A stretch of 64,000 nt of DNA from an uncultured Chloroflexia bacterium (GTDB lineage: Bacteria > Chloroflexota > Dehalococcoidia > Dehalococcoidales > RBG-16-60-22), in the NCBI GenBank assembly GCA_963739515.1, contig CAVUAO010000003.1:748170-812169 (forward strand). The letters are read 5' to 3'. Both the position numbers and the translations under genes were made by a program. This document shows positions 9,156 to 17,891 of this stretch, piece after piece (position 1 is the stretch's first letter; the number at the start of each line of letters is the position of its first letter). Under the pieces are notes generated by a model. The model saw only the letters and a list, made by a program, of their open reading frames with translations, did not search any database and was not told the origin of the DNA.

Positions 9156-9722
9156 TCACTTTCCGGTGGAGACCCGCTCGATATAGTTGCCCGAGCGAGA
9201 GTCTATTTTGATGACATCGCCCACTTTAATGAAAGACGGGGTATCGACGCGGTAGCCGGTCTCCACGACGGAGGACTTCATCTGGGGGGTGATGGTGGCG
9301 GACTTGGTGGACACCTCGGTCTCGATGACCTTGAGGTCGATGGTGATGGGCAGGGTGACATCGATGGGCTCATCGCCGTGCATCAGCATGACGACCTCCA
9401 TGCCTTCTTTCAGGAAGTTCTTTTTTATGCCGAGCAGGTCTCCCGGGACGGGGTGCTGGTCGTAGGTCTTGACGTCCATGAAAATGTAATTGTCGCCTTC
9501 ACGGTAGAGATACTGCTCGTCCTGGGTATCGAGCCTGGCTTCATCGACCTTCTCGCCGGAGCGGTAGGTGCGGTCGATAACACCGCCGTCGCGCATGTTT
9601 TTCATCCTGAGGCGATAGATGGAACGCCCCTTGCCGGGCTTGGTAAAATCAACATCTTCAATGTTATAGAGAACGCCGTCAATGAGTATCTTGGTGTTCT
9701 TGCGTACATCCTCGATTTCCAT
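9156..9722 (-). CDS. efp: translation elongation factor P
   Basis: 188 aa with the KPGKG loop (FTKPGKGRSIYRLRMKN) and typical three-domain length. AAGGAG lies upstream. Confidence 0.95.
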   Translation of the reverse strand: MEIEDVRKNTKILIDGVLYNIEDVDFTKPGKGRSIYRLRMKNMRDGGVIDRTYRSGEKVDEARLDTQDEQYLYREGDNYIFMDVKTYDQHPVPGDLLGIKKNFLKEGMEVVMLMHGDEPIDVTLPITIDLKVIETEVSTKSATITPQMKSSVVETGYRVDTPSFIKVGDVIKIDSRSGNYIERVSTGK

Positions 9723-9801
9723 CTATACTTGACTCTCCTTCAGAGCTTCATCATATTATAACATTTATTTTCATTTAGAGAACAGATGGACAGTGACACC
9801 C

Positions 9802-10116
9802 TTAGGTTCCCGGAGAGATGATGTCACCGAGCATGAAAACGATAAACAACAACCCGATTGCCATTGCTAAGAAGACAAGAATAGCCCGTTCTTTCATGAA
9901 AATAATGCTGATGATGCCGGTGAAGAAAGCGGCGATGCTAGAAATCGCCGCCAGTACACCTGGAATTGCCAGTGCCGGATTGCTTAAAAAAGTATCGCCG
10001 CCGCGTTGCCCGGTAGCTGCCATGATCGAGAGTAAGGCGAAAAAGAAGATAAAACCAATGGCCAGTCCGATGGACCATTTCCCCAGGGCGGTTTTAGGTA
10101 AAATAGTGATTTTCAT
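9802..10116 (-). CDS. small membrane protein, unknown function
   Basis: 104 aa with three predicted hydrophobic helices. No recognisable motif. Confidence 0.45.
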   Translation of the reverse strand: MKITILPKTALGKWSIGLAIGFIFFFALLSIMAATGQRGGDTFLSNPALAIPGVLAAISSIAAFFTGIISIIFMKERAILVFLAMAIGLLFIVFMLGDIISPGT

Positions 10117-10351
10117 ATATTGGATATATTATATAACATTTTGGAATTTATTATTTGGACACGGTTATGGTATCATCTTCGATTATGAGGGTGCGTTTGC
10201 ACCGCTTTGGTCCCGAGGTATTGGAGAAGTTCAAGACGGAGCACCTCGCTAAAGTGGCGCCACTGCGTACCGATAAAGGCGTCTGGATGGACGTGCCGGT
10301 GCTCTACAGTATCGCCATTAAATAAGCCATCTTGTAAGCGCCCTGAGAAAA

Positions 10352-11254
10352 TTACTTGCTGTTAAAGGGTTTGCTGCCACCCAGCCAAGTGGTGTCGTGT
10401 TCGTGGGCAAGGCATATCGCGGTGAAACTATACGGCTTTTCCACCTTCCGCGTGATTAGCGGGCAGTGCACCAGTCCTTTGGGGGCGATGACGACGGTGG
10501 GTGTATCGAAGACGTGCACCTCGCGCTCCTCGCCGAATTGCATCTCTATTTCCGCCCCGAGATAGTCGGGGTTTTCCGGGTCCGTCCCCACGAAGACCAG
10601 GGCTTCATCGTTGGGATGGACGTGGGGGTCGTTTTCATGCCAGGGGCCGGTGCCGGTATGGAAAGCCCAGGTAAAATTAAGGTTGAAGCCCGGGGTGTTC
10701 TTGCCGCTCCAGAAACCGATGAAATCGGCGTTGCCGCCCTTTTTGCGGTGCATGTCGCGCAGCTCCAGGCGGGTAATCATTTCCCCGCATTTGTTGGCGA
10801 GGATAAACGCCGGTTTTCTTGCGGTCAGCTCGGTCGTCTTGTCTTCGGCGTCCACGGAAATCGCCAGGAAACCGTAGGGCTTCTCGACCTTTTTGGCGGT
10901 CATGGGCAAATGCGGCACGCCGGCGGGGATGGCGACGACCGACGGGCCGGCGATGATATGGTCTTCCGCCTCCTGGCCCAGCGCCAGCACCAGCTCCGCG
11001 TCCAGCTTATTGGGGTTATCGTAATCCAGACCCGTGAAAACGAAGACCTCGCCGTAGGGGTGGACATGCCCGTATTTCCCGCCGACGTCCCAGGGACCGA
11101 CCCGGTTATGATAGCCCCATACGAAGCTGACGTTAAGCCCTTCCAGGTCCGAGCCTTTCGGCCAGGTGATATACTCCGCCTTGCCCTTCGCCCCGCCCGG
11201 CAGCTTGTGATAGACCAGCTTTTTAAAGAAATGGCCGTATTTCGTTTTCGCCAT
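10352..11254 (-). CDS. bicupin protein (internally duplicated cupin), unknown function
   Basis: 300 aa. Both halves carry HVHP..E ... P.G..H.P cupin metal motifs (GHVHPYGE/PAGVPHLP and PHVHPNDE/PKGLVHCP). AAGGAG SD present. Paralogue of 11282..12181 and 62823..63905. Confidence 0.6.
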   Translation of the reverse strand: MAKTKYGHFFKKLVYHKLPGGAKGKAEYITWPKGSDLEGLNVSFVWGYHNRVGPWDVGGKYGHVHPYGEVFVFTGLDYDNPNKLDAELVLALGQEAEDHIIAGPSVVAIPAGVPHLPMTAKKVEKPYGFLAISVDAEDKTTELTARKPAFILANKCGEMITRLELRDMHRKKGGNADFIGFWSGKNTPGFNLNFTWAFHTGTGPWHENDPHVHPNDEALVFVGTDPENPDYLGAEIEMQFGEEREVHVFDTPTVVIAPKGLVHCPLITRKVEKPYSFTAICLAHEHDTTWLGGSKPFNSK

Positions 11255-11281
11255 TTTTCTTCTCCTTAAAATTAATCAGGT

Positions 11282-12181
11282 TTAAGTGATATACCCGTCT
11301 TTTCCCTTGCCGGTATGGCCCCAGGGACGGATGACCGCGAATATCCAGGGGCTGTCCTGCCGGGTGACGATGAGGGGACAGTGCGCATGCCCGGCGGGCT
11401 GAATGGCGACCGTCGGCGTAGTGATGACGTGTTTTTCCATTTCCTTGCCCATGTAAAGCTCACACTCTGCGGGCAAAACGCTGATATCGTCGGGGTCGGC
11501 GCCCATGAAAAGCAGGAACTCGGTATAAGGGTGGACGTGGGGCTTATCGGGGACGGGGCCGAACCGGTAAGGCGCACTGTTCATGCTTTCATAGGACATG
11601 TGGAACTCGAAGTCTTTACCGTGGATGTCCGTGATGGCGCCGTCGTGGGTATCCTGGTTAAGCGGGCCGTAGTGCCAGGGGCCGTTGCGGGTGAAAGCCA
11701 GGTGCTGGACGTTATCCCGGTATTTGGAGCGCATGAAATCGGCCGGTTTGCCCGGTTTATCGCTCAATTTCACTGTTTTAGAGGTCAGTTCCTTCGCCAG
11801 GGAAATCGTCATAAAGATAAACCGGTCGTCCATGCTCCCGATATTGGCCGGCATGTGCGGCATGCCTTTGGGTACGGCGACCGCCGTGGCGGTGGTAATC
11901 ATGTGGGTCTCTTTTTCCTCGCCGAGGGTCAACTCGACTTCCGCTCCCAGGTAGCCCTCGTCAAAAGTGTCCAGCCCCATCCATATCATGACCTGGTCGA
12001 AGTCGTGCACCTGCGCCTCATAGGGCGCCATTTTGCCGGCCGACCAGTAGGTCCCATACTGCACGTGAAGGTCGTACCCGAAGAAATCACCGTTCATTTC
12101 GGCGCCCTGCCGCCACCGGCCCGGCCCGTAATCTTTGAAGGTAAGGCTCTTGACCAGGTGCCCGTATTTCGTCTTGGCCAT
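11282..12181 (-). CDS. bicupin protein (internally duplicated cupin), unknown function
   Basis: 299 aa starting MAKTKYGH like its neighbour. The second half has PHVHPYTE/PAGHAHCP. GGAGG SD present. Confidence 0.6.
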   Translation of the reverse strand: MAKTKYGHLVKSLTFKDYGPGRWRQGAEMNGDFFGYDLHVQYGTYWSAGKMAPYEAQVHDFDQVMIWMGLDTFDEGYLGAEVELTLGEEKETHMITTATAVAVPKGMPHMPANIGSMDDRFIFMTISLAKELTSKTVKLSDKPGKPADFMRSKYRDNVQHLAFTRNGPWHYGPLNQDTHDGAITDIHGKDFEFHMSYESMNSAPYRFGPVPDKPHVHPYTEFLLFMGADPDDISVLPAECELYMGKEMEKHVITTPTVAIQPAGHAHCPLIVTRQDSPWIFAVIRPWGHTGKGKDGYIT

Positions 12182-12210
12182 TTCGTGCCTCCGTTTTGCT
12201 CAAAGTATCG

Positions 12211-13686
12211 TTAGACCAGCGCGCCGCCCTCGGGCGAGACGCCGTTGGGGTCGATAGCCCTCAAGAGCTTGCGCCACCATAAATGGTAGTTGGATACCGC
12301 CGGCCCGATTTCATCCTGGGGGCCCATGGTGCTGGCGAAGTAGCGCTCGTTAAAAGCCCGCGCCGTCTGCTCTTTTTGCCAGGCCTCCACGGCTTTCTTG
12401 GCCTCGGCGTTCTGGGGGTCGAACTTGCAGAATATCTCCGTTTTGCCGAGGTGCCCCTGCTCGACGCCCCAACCGAAAAACGCCCCGCCGTCATCCACGA
12501 TCAAGCCCTTTTTAATCAGGGGCTCTTTAGCTTTGCCGGCGCCGATCGCCCACTTGATGGTCAGGTCGCGCTGGCCCATGATGGGGATGGAGTTAAAGGC
12601 ACCGCCGGGGCGGAACGTCTCCCGGATAGAGGCGGAAATCCTGATGCACTGGCAAAGCAGGATACCTTCGATTTCGGGGTCTTCGACGGTCTTTAAAGAC
12701 TTGCCGTCGGCATCACCGACGATTTTTTCCAGCACTTTCTTTTTGTAGGCGAAGTCTTCCGGAGAGTTGCCGCCGATGATGACGAAGAAGCCGGGCCCCT
12801 GCACCTCTTTACTCAGGCGCTTGAACATCGCTTCGTCTTCTTCATTGCAGGTGGTGATATTGGCGGCGACCATGGCCGCGTTAAAGCCCATCAGCTCGTA
12901 GCAGACTTCGGCCTCGCCCAGCTTAATTTCCGCCTGCCACATTTTTTCCACCGACGGGAAGCTGTAATACCGCGCCATCAGATTGGACGGTATACCGCTC
13001 AAGGTATATTTCGGCGACCTGCCCACAATAGGAAAGGCGGCCGGTCCCGGCCAGTGATAAAGCTTGACGGCGCCTTTGGTGAATACGCCCGGCGTGACGC
13101 CCGGCGGCACGGCGCTGGTGAGGATGCTCCGCAGGGACGGGCCGGGCCCATCGCCGCAGAACCACTCGTCGGAAGAGCCCAGGGCGCCCGTCCGCACGAT
13201 ATTTCCTTCCGGGGTCACCCACTCTATCGCCAGGTGGTTGCGGTCGTCGCCGCTGGTGGTCTGGTCCATGTGGCCGTGGCCCCGGAGCAGCGCCGAGCAG
13301 TTGGTCCCGGCGCCCTTGATGCAAAAGTTCAGGCCCCGTTTCATCAGCTCGGCCTGCAGCTCCGACGATATCACGTAGGGCTCGACCACGGCGTACATAT
13401 TTTTCTCGTTGATTTCAATAATGTGGTTCATCCTCCGCAGGTCGAACAGGAGAATATCCTTGGGGAACATCCCGGACCAGCCGGTACATATCGGCCGGAA
13501 CTTTAGCTTGTGTTTATTGCAGAGCTTGACCAGCGCCTGGACCTCGGCGGTGTTGCCGGGAAGGATGACCGCCGCAAATTCCGTCCCGTAATACGAAGGC
13601 ATGATGGCGGGGTCGTCGCAGATGTTCTCCTCTCCCACCACATCTTCGAATTCTTTATAGACTTCCTTGCTCAGAGGCATGTGCAT
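12211..13686 (-). CDS. FAD-binding (PCMH/VAO-type, GlcE/GlcD-like) oxidoreductase subunit
   Basis: 491 aa. The N-terminal region resembles an FAD_binding_4 domain. Tightly linked to the Fe-S subunit gene. AAAGGGGGG SD present. Confidence 0.7.
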   Translation of the reverse strand: MHMPLSKEVYKEFEDVVGEENICDDPAIMPSYYGTEFAAVILPGNTAEVQALVKLCNKHKLKFRPICTGWSGMFPKDILLFDLRRMNHIIEINEKNMYAVVEPYVISSELQAELMKRGLNFCIKGAGTNCSALLRGHGHMDQTTSGDDRNHLAIEWVTPEGNIVRTGALGSSDEWFCGDGPGPSLRSILTSAVPPGVTPGVFTKGAVKLYHWPGPAAFPIVGRSPKYTLSGIPSNLMARYYSFPSVEKMWQAEIKLGEAEVCYELMGFNAAMVAANITTCNEEDEAMFKRLSKEVQGPGFFVIIGGNSPEDFAYKKKVLEKIVGDADGKSLKTVEDPEIEGILLCQCIRISASIRETFRPGGAFNSIPIMGQRDLTIKWAIGAGKAKEPLIKKGLIVDDGGAFFGWGVEQGHLGKTEIFCKFDPQNAEAKKAVEAWQKEQTARAFNERYFASTMGPQDEIGPAVSNYHLWWRKLLRAIDPNGVSPEGGALV

Positions 13687-13697
13687 ACCCCCCTTTC

Positions 13698-14963
13698 TTA
13701 TAACGCCTTTTCCACGAGTTCGACGATATCGTAAACTTTAAGGCTGCCGCCGCTGTCCTTGACGGCTTCCGTGAAGTTCTTCTCACACCAGGGACAGGCG
13801 CTGACAATGGCCTCGGCGCCGGTGGACACGGCTTCGTCTATCCTCTTTTGCGCGGTCCATTTATTGAAGTCCGGGTTGGACACGTTAACGCCGCCGCCGG
13901 CCCCGCAGCACCAGGAATATTCCCTGATACGTGTCATTTCCGTGAGTTTCACGCCGGGGATGCTCTTGAGGACATCGCGGGGTGGTTCATAGACGCCCCG
14001 GGTGCCCCGCCGGTACGGCTTAGGCGGGTCGAAAACAAACTTATCGCCCGGGATTTTTTTGCCTTCCCAGTGTATCCACGGCTCACCCAGCCGGCCGAGG
14101 TAGCACGGGTCGTGGTAAGTGACCGATAGGTTAACTCTTTTTTTCAGCTTCAGCTTGCCGGACTTTATCAGCTTAGCGATGTATTCCGAGACATGCAGCA
14201 CTTCGAGGTCGCCCTTAAGGCCGAACCTGTCATAAAGCACCTTGAAGGCCTGATAGCCGTCGGCACAGCCCGTCACCAACGTCTTAACGCCGGCTTTTTT
14301 AATCATCGCCATGTTCTTTTTGGCCTGTTTGAGGAAATCTTCCTGGTAGCCCATCTGGTAGGCGCGACCGCCGCAGCACGTCTCGGCGTCACCGGCGATG
14401 CCGAAATTGACGCCGGCTTTCTGTAATATCTTCGCGGTGGCTTTGGCCAGCTTCTGCATATCCTTATCGTAGCTGGTCAGGCAGCCGACGTGATAGAGGA
14501 CGTCCACCTTTTCTTTCGTGGCGTCCTTGATATTCAGTCCCGCCGCCCAGTCGCCCCGCTTGCCTTTAATCGGCACCATCGAGCCGGTCTTGCGCATGAG
14601 GTTGATCACCTTATCAAGCTCAGGATTGGTCTTGCCGTCCTGGACGCACCTTATCCGGAACTCGTTGATGGGCTGGAGGACTTCCATGTCCATAGCGTAA
14701 TTGCACGAGACGCCGCAGGCGCCGCACATCTGGCAGTTATAGACGATATGGAGGAGCCGGTCCGTATAGTTCATGCCGTTTTTCAGCATCGCCGACCCGA
14801 TATTAACCCGGCCGCCGCCCGAATAGGAATGGTAATTAAATCTCGCGATGCTGGGGCAGGCGTAGGAAAATTCGGACCCTTTCACCTTTTGCATGGGGAT
14901 GAATTTGCAGGCCGAACACCGGCAGCACATTGCCATATCGCCTCGGTAATCTTCTAATGCCAT
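13698..14963 (-). CDS. (Fe-S)-binding protein, GlcF/HdrD-like with CCG domains
   Basis: 421 aa. Two ferredoxin-type Cys clusters (CCRCSACKF, CQMCGACGVSC) and two Cys-rich CCG-type regions (CCGGRAY, CCGAGGG...CPWC). Confidence 0.8.
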   Translation of the reverse strand: MALEDYRGDMAMCCRCSACKFIPMQKVKGSEFSYACPSIARFNYHSYSGGGRVNIGSAMLKNGMNYTDRLLHIVYNCQMCGACGVSCNYAMDMEVLQPINEFRIRCVQDGKTNPELDKVINLMRKTGSMVPIKGKRGDWAAGLNIKDATKEKVDVLYHVGCLTSYDKDMQKLAKATAKILQKAGVNFGIAGDAETCCGGRAYQMGYQEDFLKQAKKNMAMIKKAGVKTLVTGCADGYQAFKVLYDRFGLKGDLEVLHVSEYIAKLIKSGKLKLKKRVNLSVTYHDPCYLGRLGEPWIHWEGKKIPGDKFVFDPPKPYRRGTRGVYEPPRDVLKSIPGVKLTEMTRIREYSWCCGAGGGVNVSNPDFNKWTAQKRIDEAVSTGAEAIVSACPWCEKNFTEAVKDSGGSLKVYDIVELVEKAL

Positions 14964-15007
14964 CTTCGCTCCCTCCTGACGAGTATTTAGTAACTAAATG
15001 CCGGTAA

Positions 15008-16474
15008 CTAGAACCCCACCTTCCCCGGGTTCATGATATAGTTGGGGTCGAAAATTTTCTTGAGCTTATTTAAGACTGCAATGGAGGCCGCGTCGCGGTT
15101 AATGATGATTCCGGCGTTTTCGCCGTAAGGCCGCGAGAAAAACCCACCGCAGGCCATTAAAGCTTTGACGGCGGCAGCGGATAACCCTTTCACTCGATTC
15201 ATCTCGCCGGCGTTGGCGGGGTCGTAAAAGAGGTTGAACTCGCAATGAACGCCGGTCCCCTGCACGATGGGCTGGATGTAAACGCCCATGTCCGGGGTGG
15301 GATAGCCGGCTTTTTCCGCCGCGCCGTTCATAACTACGATTTGCCCTTCGAGCTTATCGTTGATGGTCAGGAAGAACACGTCCTCGCAGGCGCCTTTAGA
15401 GCGGAGCTTCCAGTACGGCTCGGCGGAAGGCTGCTGCACCGTTTTCAGTATTTCGTTCGAGGAAATACCGCCTAAAGCCTTGACGGCTTCCACGCCCAGT
15501 CGCTGGGTAATATCGGTAATGCCTTTAATGTGAGAACTGACCCTCTCCTCCGGGAAATACTCATAGCCGGCGACGGTATAGAAGAGTATCCAAGGGGGCA
15601 GCGCGTCTTTAAGGTTCTGGTAGTCTTTAGGCCATTTCTTCGTAAAGATGGCCGCCAGGTTGGTGTTATTGAGGATAAAGCACTCGTTGGCCATCCTCAG
15701 CCTTACCAGCCAGGCAGCGAGGTCCATCAGCGGGGCGAGGCTGGCGGAACCGACCACGAAAGGCTCTTCAAGGGAGGGCAGGATTTCACAGCGCATGGAT
15801 GCCCAGGTGACGATGCCCAGCGTGCCCTGGGAACCCTGGATAAGCCGGTGCCAGGAAGCCACGCCGGGCCCGTAGGGCGCTTTTTGCACGCCCCCCACCG
15901 CCCACTGCTCCTTGACGGTGCCCGGTCCGGCGGCCTGCCCGGTCCGGAACTCGTCGCCGGTCCCGAAGATGACCTCGACACAGGCAAGGGGGTCGGAGAT
16001 GTCCCACTGGTACTTGGGCATGACGACCGGCTCTCTCTCCAGCAGGCTGCCGACGACGGTCTTCGAGCTTCGCGGCAGCAGCGGCAGGTTGAGTCGGAGC
16101 CCCTCCTTTTCCGCCGCGGCGATAAGCTCGCCGAAGGTCACCCCCGGCTCGACCATGGCGACCCGCCGCGCGCGGTCGACGAAGATGATTTTTTTCATTT
16201 TACTCAGGTCGACGATAACCGCCCCGCCGATGCTGGGGACGGTATCGCCCCGGAAATGCGGAGGGCCGGAGCTTACCGGCACGAGCGGCGTCAGCGTCTC
16301 GTTAGCCAGTTTCACAATCTGCTGCACGTCGCCGGCGTTTTTCGGCTTGACGACGCACACCGGTCTGACCGGGTTAACGAAGCTCATATCTCTGGCATAT
16401 TCGTCCAGCGCCGCCGGTTCGTAGCTGACGTTACGGGCCCCGACCACCTTTACCAGCTTCTCTTTTGCAATCAT
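15008..16474 (-). CDS. FAD-binding oxidoreductase, GlcD/D-lactate-dehydrogenase-like
   Basis: Start moved to ATG 16474 (MIAKEKLVKVVG...), which has AAGGGGG 6 nt upstream. Has an FAD_binding_4-like N-terminus and the conserved C-terminal IFDPNYIMNPGK. Confidence 0.8.
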   Translation of the reverse strand: MIAKEKLVKVVGARNVSYEPAALDEYARDMSFVNPVRPVCVVKPKNAGDVQQIVKLANETLTPLVPVSSGPPHFRGDTVPSIGGAVIVDLSKMKKIIFVDRARRVAMVEPGVTFGELIAAAEKEGLRLNLPLLPRSSKTVVGSLLEREPVVMPKYQWDISDPLACVEVIFGTGDEFRTGQAAGPGTVKEQWAVGGVQKAPYGPGVASWHRLIQGSQGTLGIVTWASMRCEILPSLEEPFVVGSASLAPLMDLAAWLVRLRMANECFILNNTNLAAIFTKKWPKDYQNLKDALPPWILFYTVAGYEYFPEERVSSHIKGITDITQRLGVEAVKALGGISSNEILKTVQQPSAEPYWKLRSKGACEDVFFLTINDKLEGQIVVMNGAAEKAGYPTPDMGVYIQPIVQGTGVHCEFNLFYDPANAGEMNRVKGLSAAAVKALMACGGFFSRPYGENAGIIINRDAASIAVLNKLKKIFDPNYIMNPGKVGF

Positions 16475-16705
16475 CGTTGCCCCCTTTCGCGGGATGGATA
16501 GTCCTATCTTAAAAGACACACCTGTATTCGGACTCAGGTTATATGAAAACGAGGGTATTCCGTCAACCCCGAGATTTTATCTTACCAGATACTAATCTAC
16601 CGGTAAGTACCCTGTCAAATAGTGATAAGACGGTCGGTTTGACTTATGAAGGCGTAAAGTGCTATACAGGAATAGCGTCCTTGCGTATCATTTTGGAGGA
16701 AAAAC

Positions 16706-17878
16706 ATGAAAATCACGAAGATCGAATGTATACCGGTCTCCATGCCATTCCGCAAACCTATCGTCATGTCCGGCGGTCCGGCTAAATGCGCCGACGCCGT
16801 CGTCCTGAAAATCCATACCGACGCCGGCGTCACAGGCGTGGCCGAGTCCGGCGATACCTCGCTGTGGTACATGGGGGAGAGCCAGGATTCCATTATCTCG
16901 AATATCGCCAACATCTTCGGGCCGCAGATACTCCTGGGCGAAAACCCCTTTAATATCGAGACCATCGTGGCCAGGATGGACAAAGCCGCCCGCGCCAATA
17001 ACCAGTCGAAAGCAGTGGTCGACTATGCCCTCCACGACCTCATGGGCAAGGCGCTGGGCGTGCCCGTTTACCAGCTCCTGGGCGGCCTCGCCAATGAAAA
17101 AATCGCGCTGGCTTTCGTGATGTCCTCGGGGACGGCGGCGGAGGTGGGGGCGGAAGCTAAAGCCCTGGTCAAGGCCGGATTCAAAGGGCTCAAGCTGAAA
17201 GTGGGCGCCCGCGCGCCCGAGGAGGACGTCGAGCTCATCGGCGCGCTGCGGGTAGCGGTGGGCAACAAGATAAAGATAATGATTGACGCCAACGGGGGCT
17301 GGGTCTATCACCAGGCGCTTTACGTCCTGAAAAAAGCGGCGAAATACGATATCTATGTCGCCGAGCAGCCCGTGCCGTGGTGGGACATCGACGGACTGGC
17401 GCGACTCCGCCGCAAGGTGGACGTGCCGGTCTTCCCCGACGAGTCCGCCGCCGAGCTCAGTCACGTTCTCCAGATAATCGAGAAAGAAGCCGCCGACGGG
17501 CTTTTCCTCAAGATACCTAAAGCCGGCGGCATACTGAAGGCGCAGAAATGGGTCGCCATAGCACAGGCAGCCAACCTGCCGGTCATGTGCGGCTGCATGA
17601 TAAACTCCGGACTCGGCGCCGCCGTCGAAGCGCATTTCCTGGCGGCTACGGCGTGGATGGGAAAAATCGAACAGGAAGCCATCGGGCCGCTGAATCTTTA
17701 TAACATCCCGGACACGGTCAGCCAGCCGCTGAAAAACGACCTCGCGGTAAAAGTCCCGCGCTACGAAAACGGCTTCCTCTATCCGCCCGACGGGCCGGGA
17801 CTGGGGGTGGAACTCAACGAGGCGGCCGTGAAAAAGCTGGCCACGCCCGGCAAAAAACCGGTGGTAATCGGGAAATGA
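16706..17878 (+). CDS. enolase-superfamily enzyme (mandelate racemase/muconate lactonizing family)
   Basis: 390 aa with KLKVG, MIDANGGW and the typical capping domain. GGAGG SD present. Confidence 0.8.
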   Translation: MKITKIECIPVSMPFRKPIVMSGGPAKCADAVVLKIHTDAGVTGVAESGDTSLWYMGESQDSIISNIANIFGPQILLGENPFNIETIVARMDKAARANNQSKAVVDYALHDLMGKALGVPVYQLLGGLANEKIALAFVMSSGTAAEVGAEAKALVKAGFKGLKLKVGARAPEEDVELIGALRVAVGNKIKIMIDANGGWVYHQALYVLKKAAKYDIYVAEQPVPWWDIDGLARLRRKVDVPVFPDESAAELSHVLQIIEKEAADGLFLKIPKAGGILKAQKWVAIAQAANLPVMCGCMINSGLGAAVEAHFLAATAWMGKIEQEAIGPLNLYNIPDTVSQPLKNDLAVKVPRYENGFLYPPDGPGLGVELNEAAVKKLATPGKKPVVIGK

Positions 17879-17891
17879 GGGGAGGTCGACG

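Noticed and set aside
10185-10325. 46-codon plus-strand ORF MRVRLHRFGPEVLEKFKTEHLAKVAPLRTDKGVWMDVPVLYSIAIK.
   Set aside because: It has no SD and no recognisable family. It could be a C-terminal gene remnant, but I cannot support a call.
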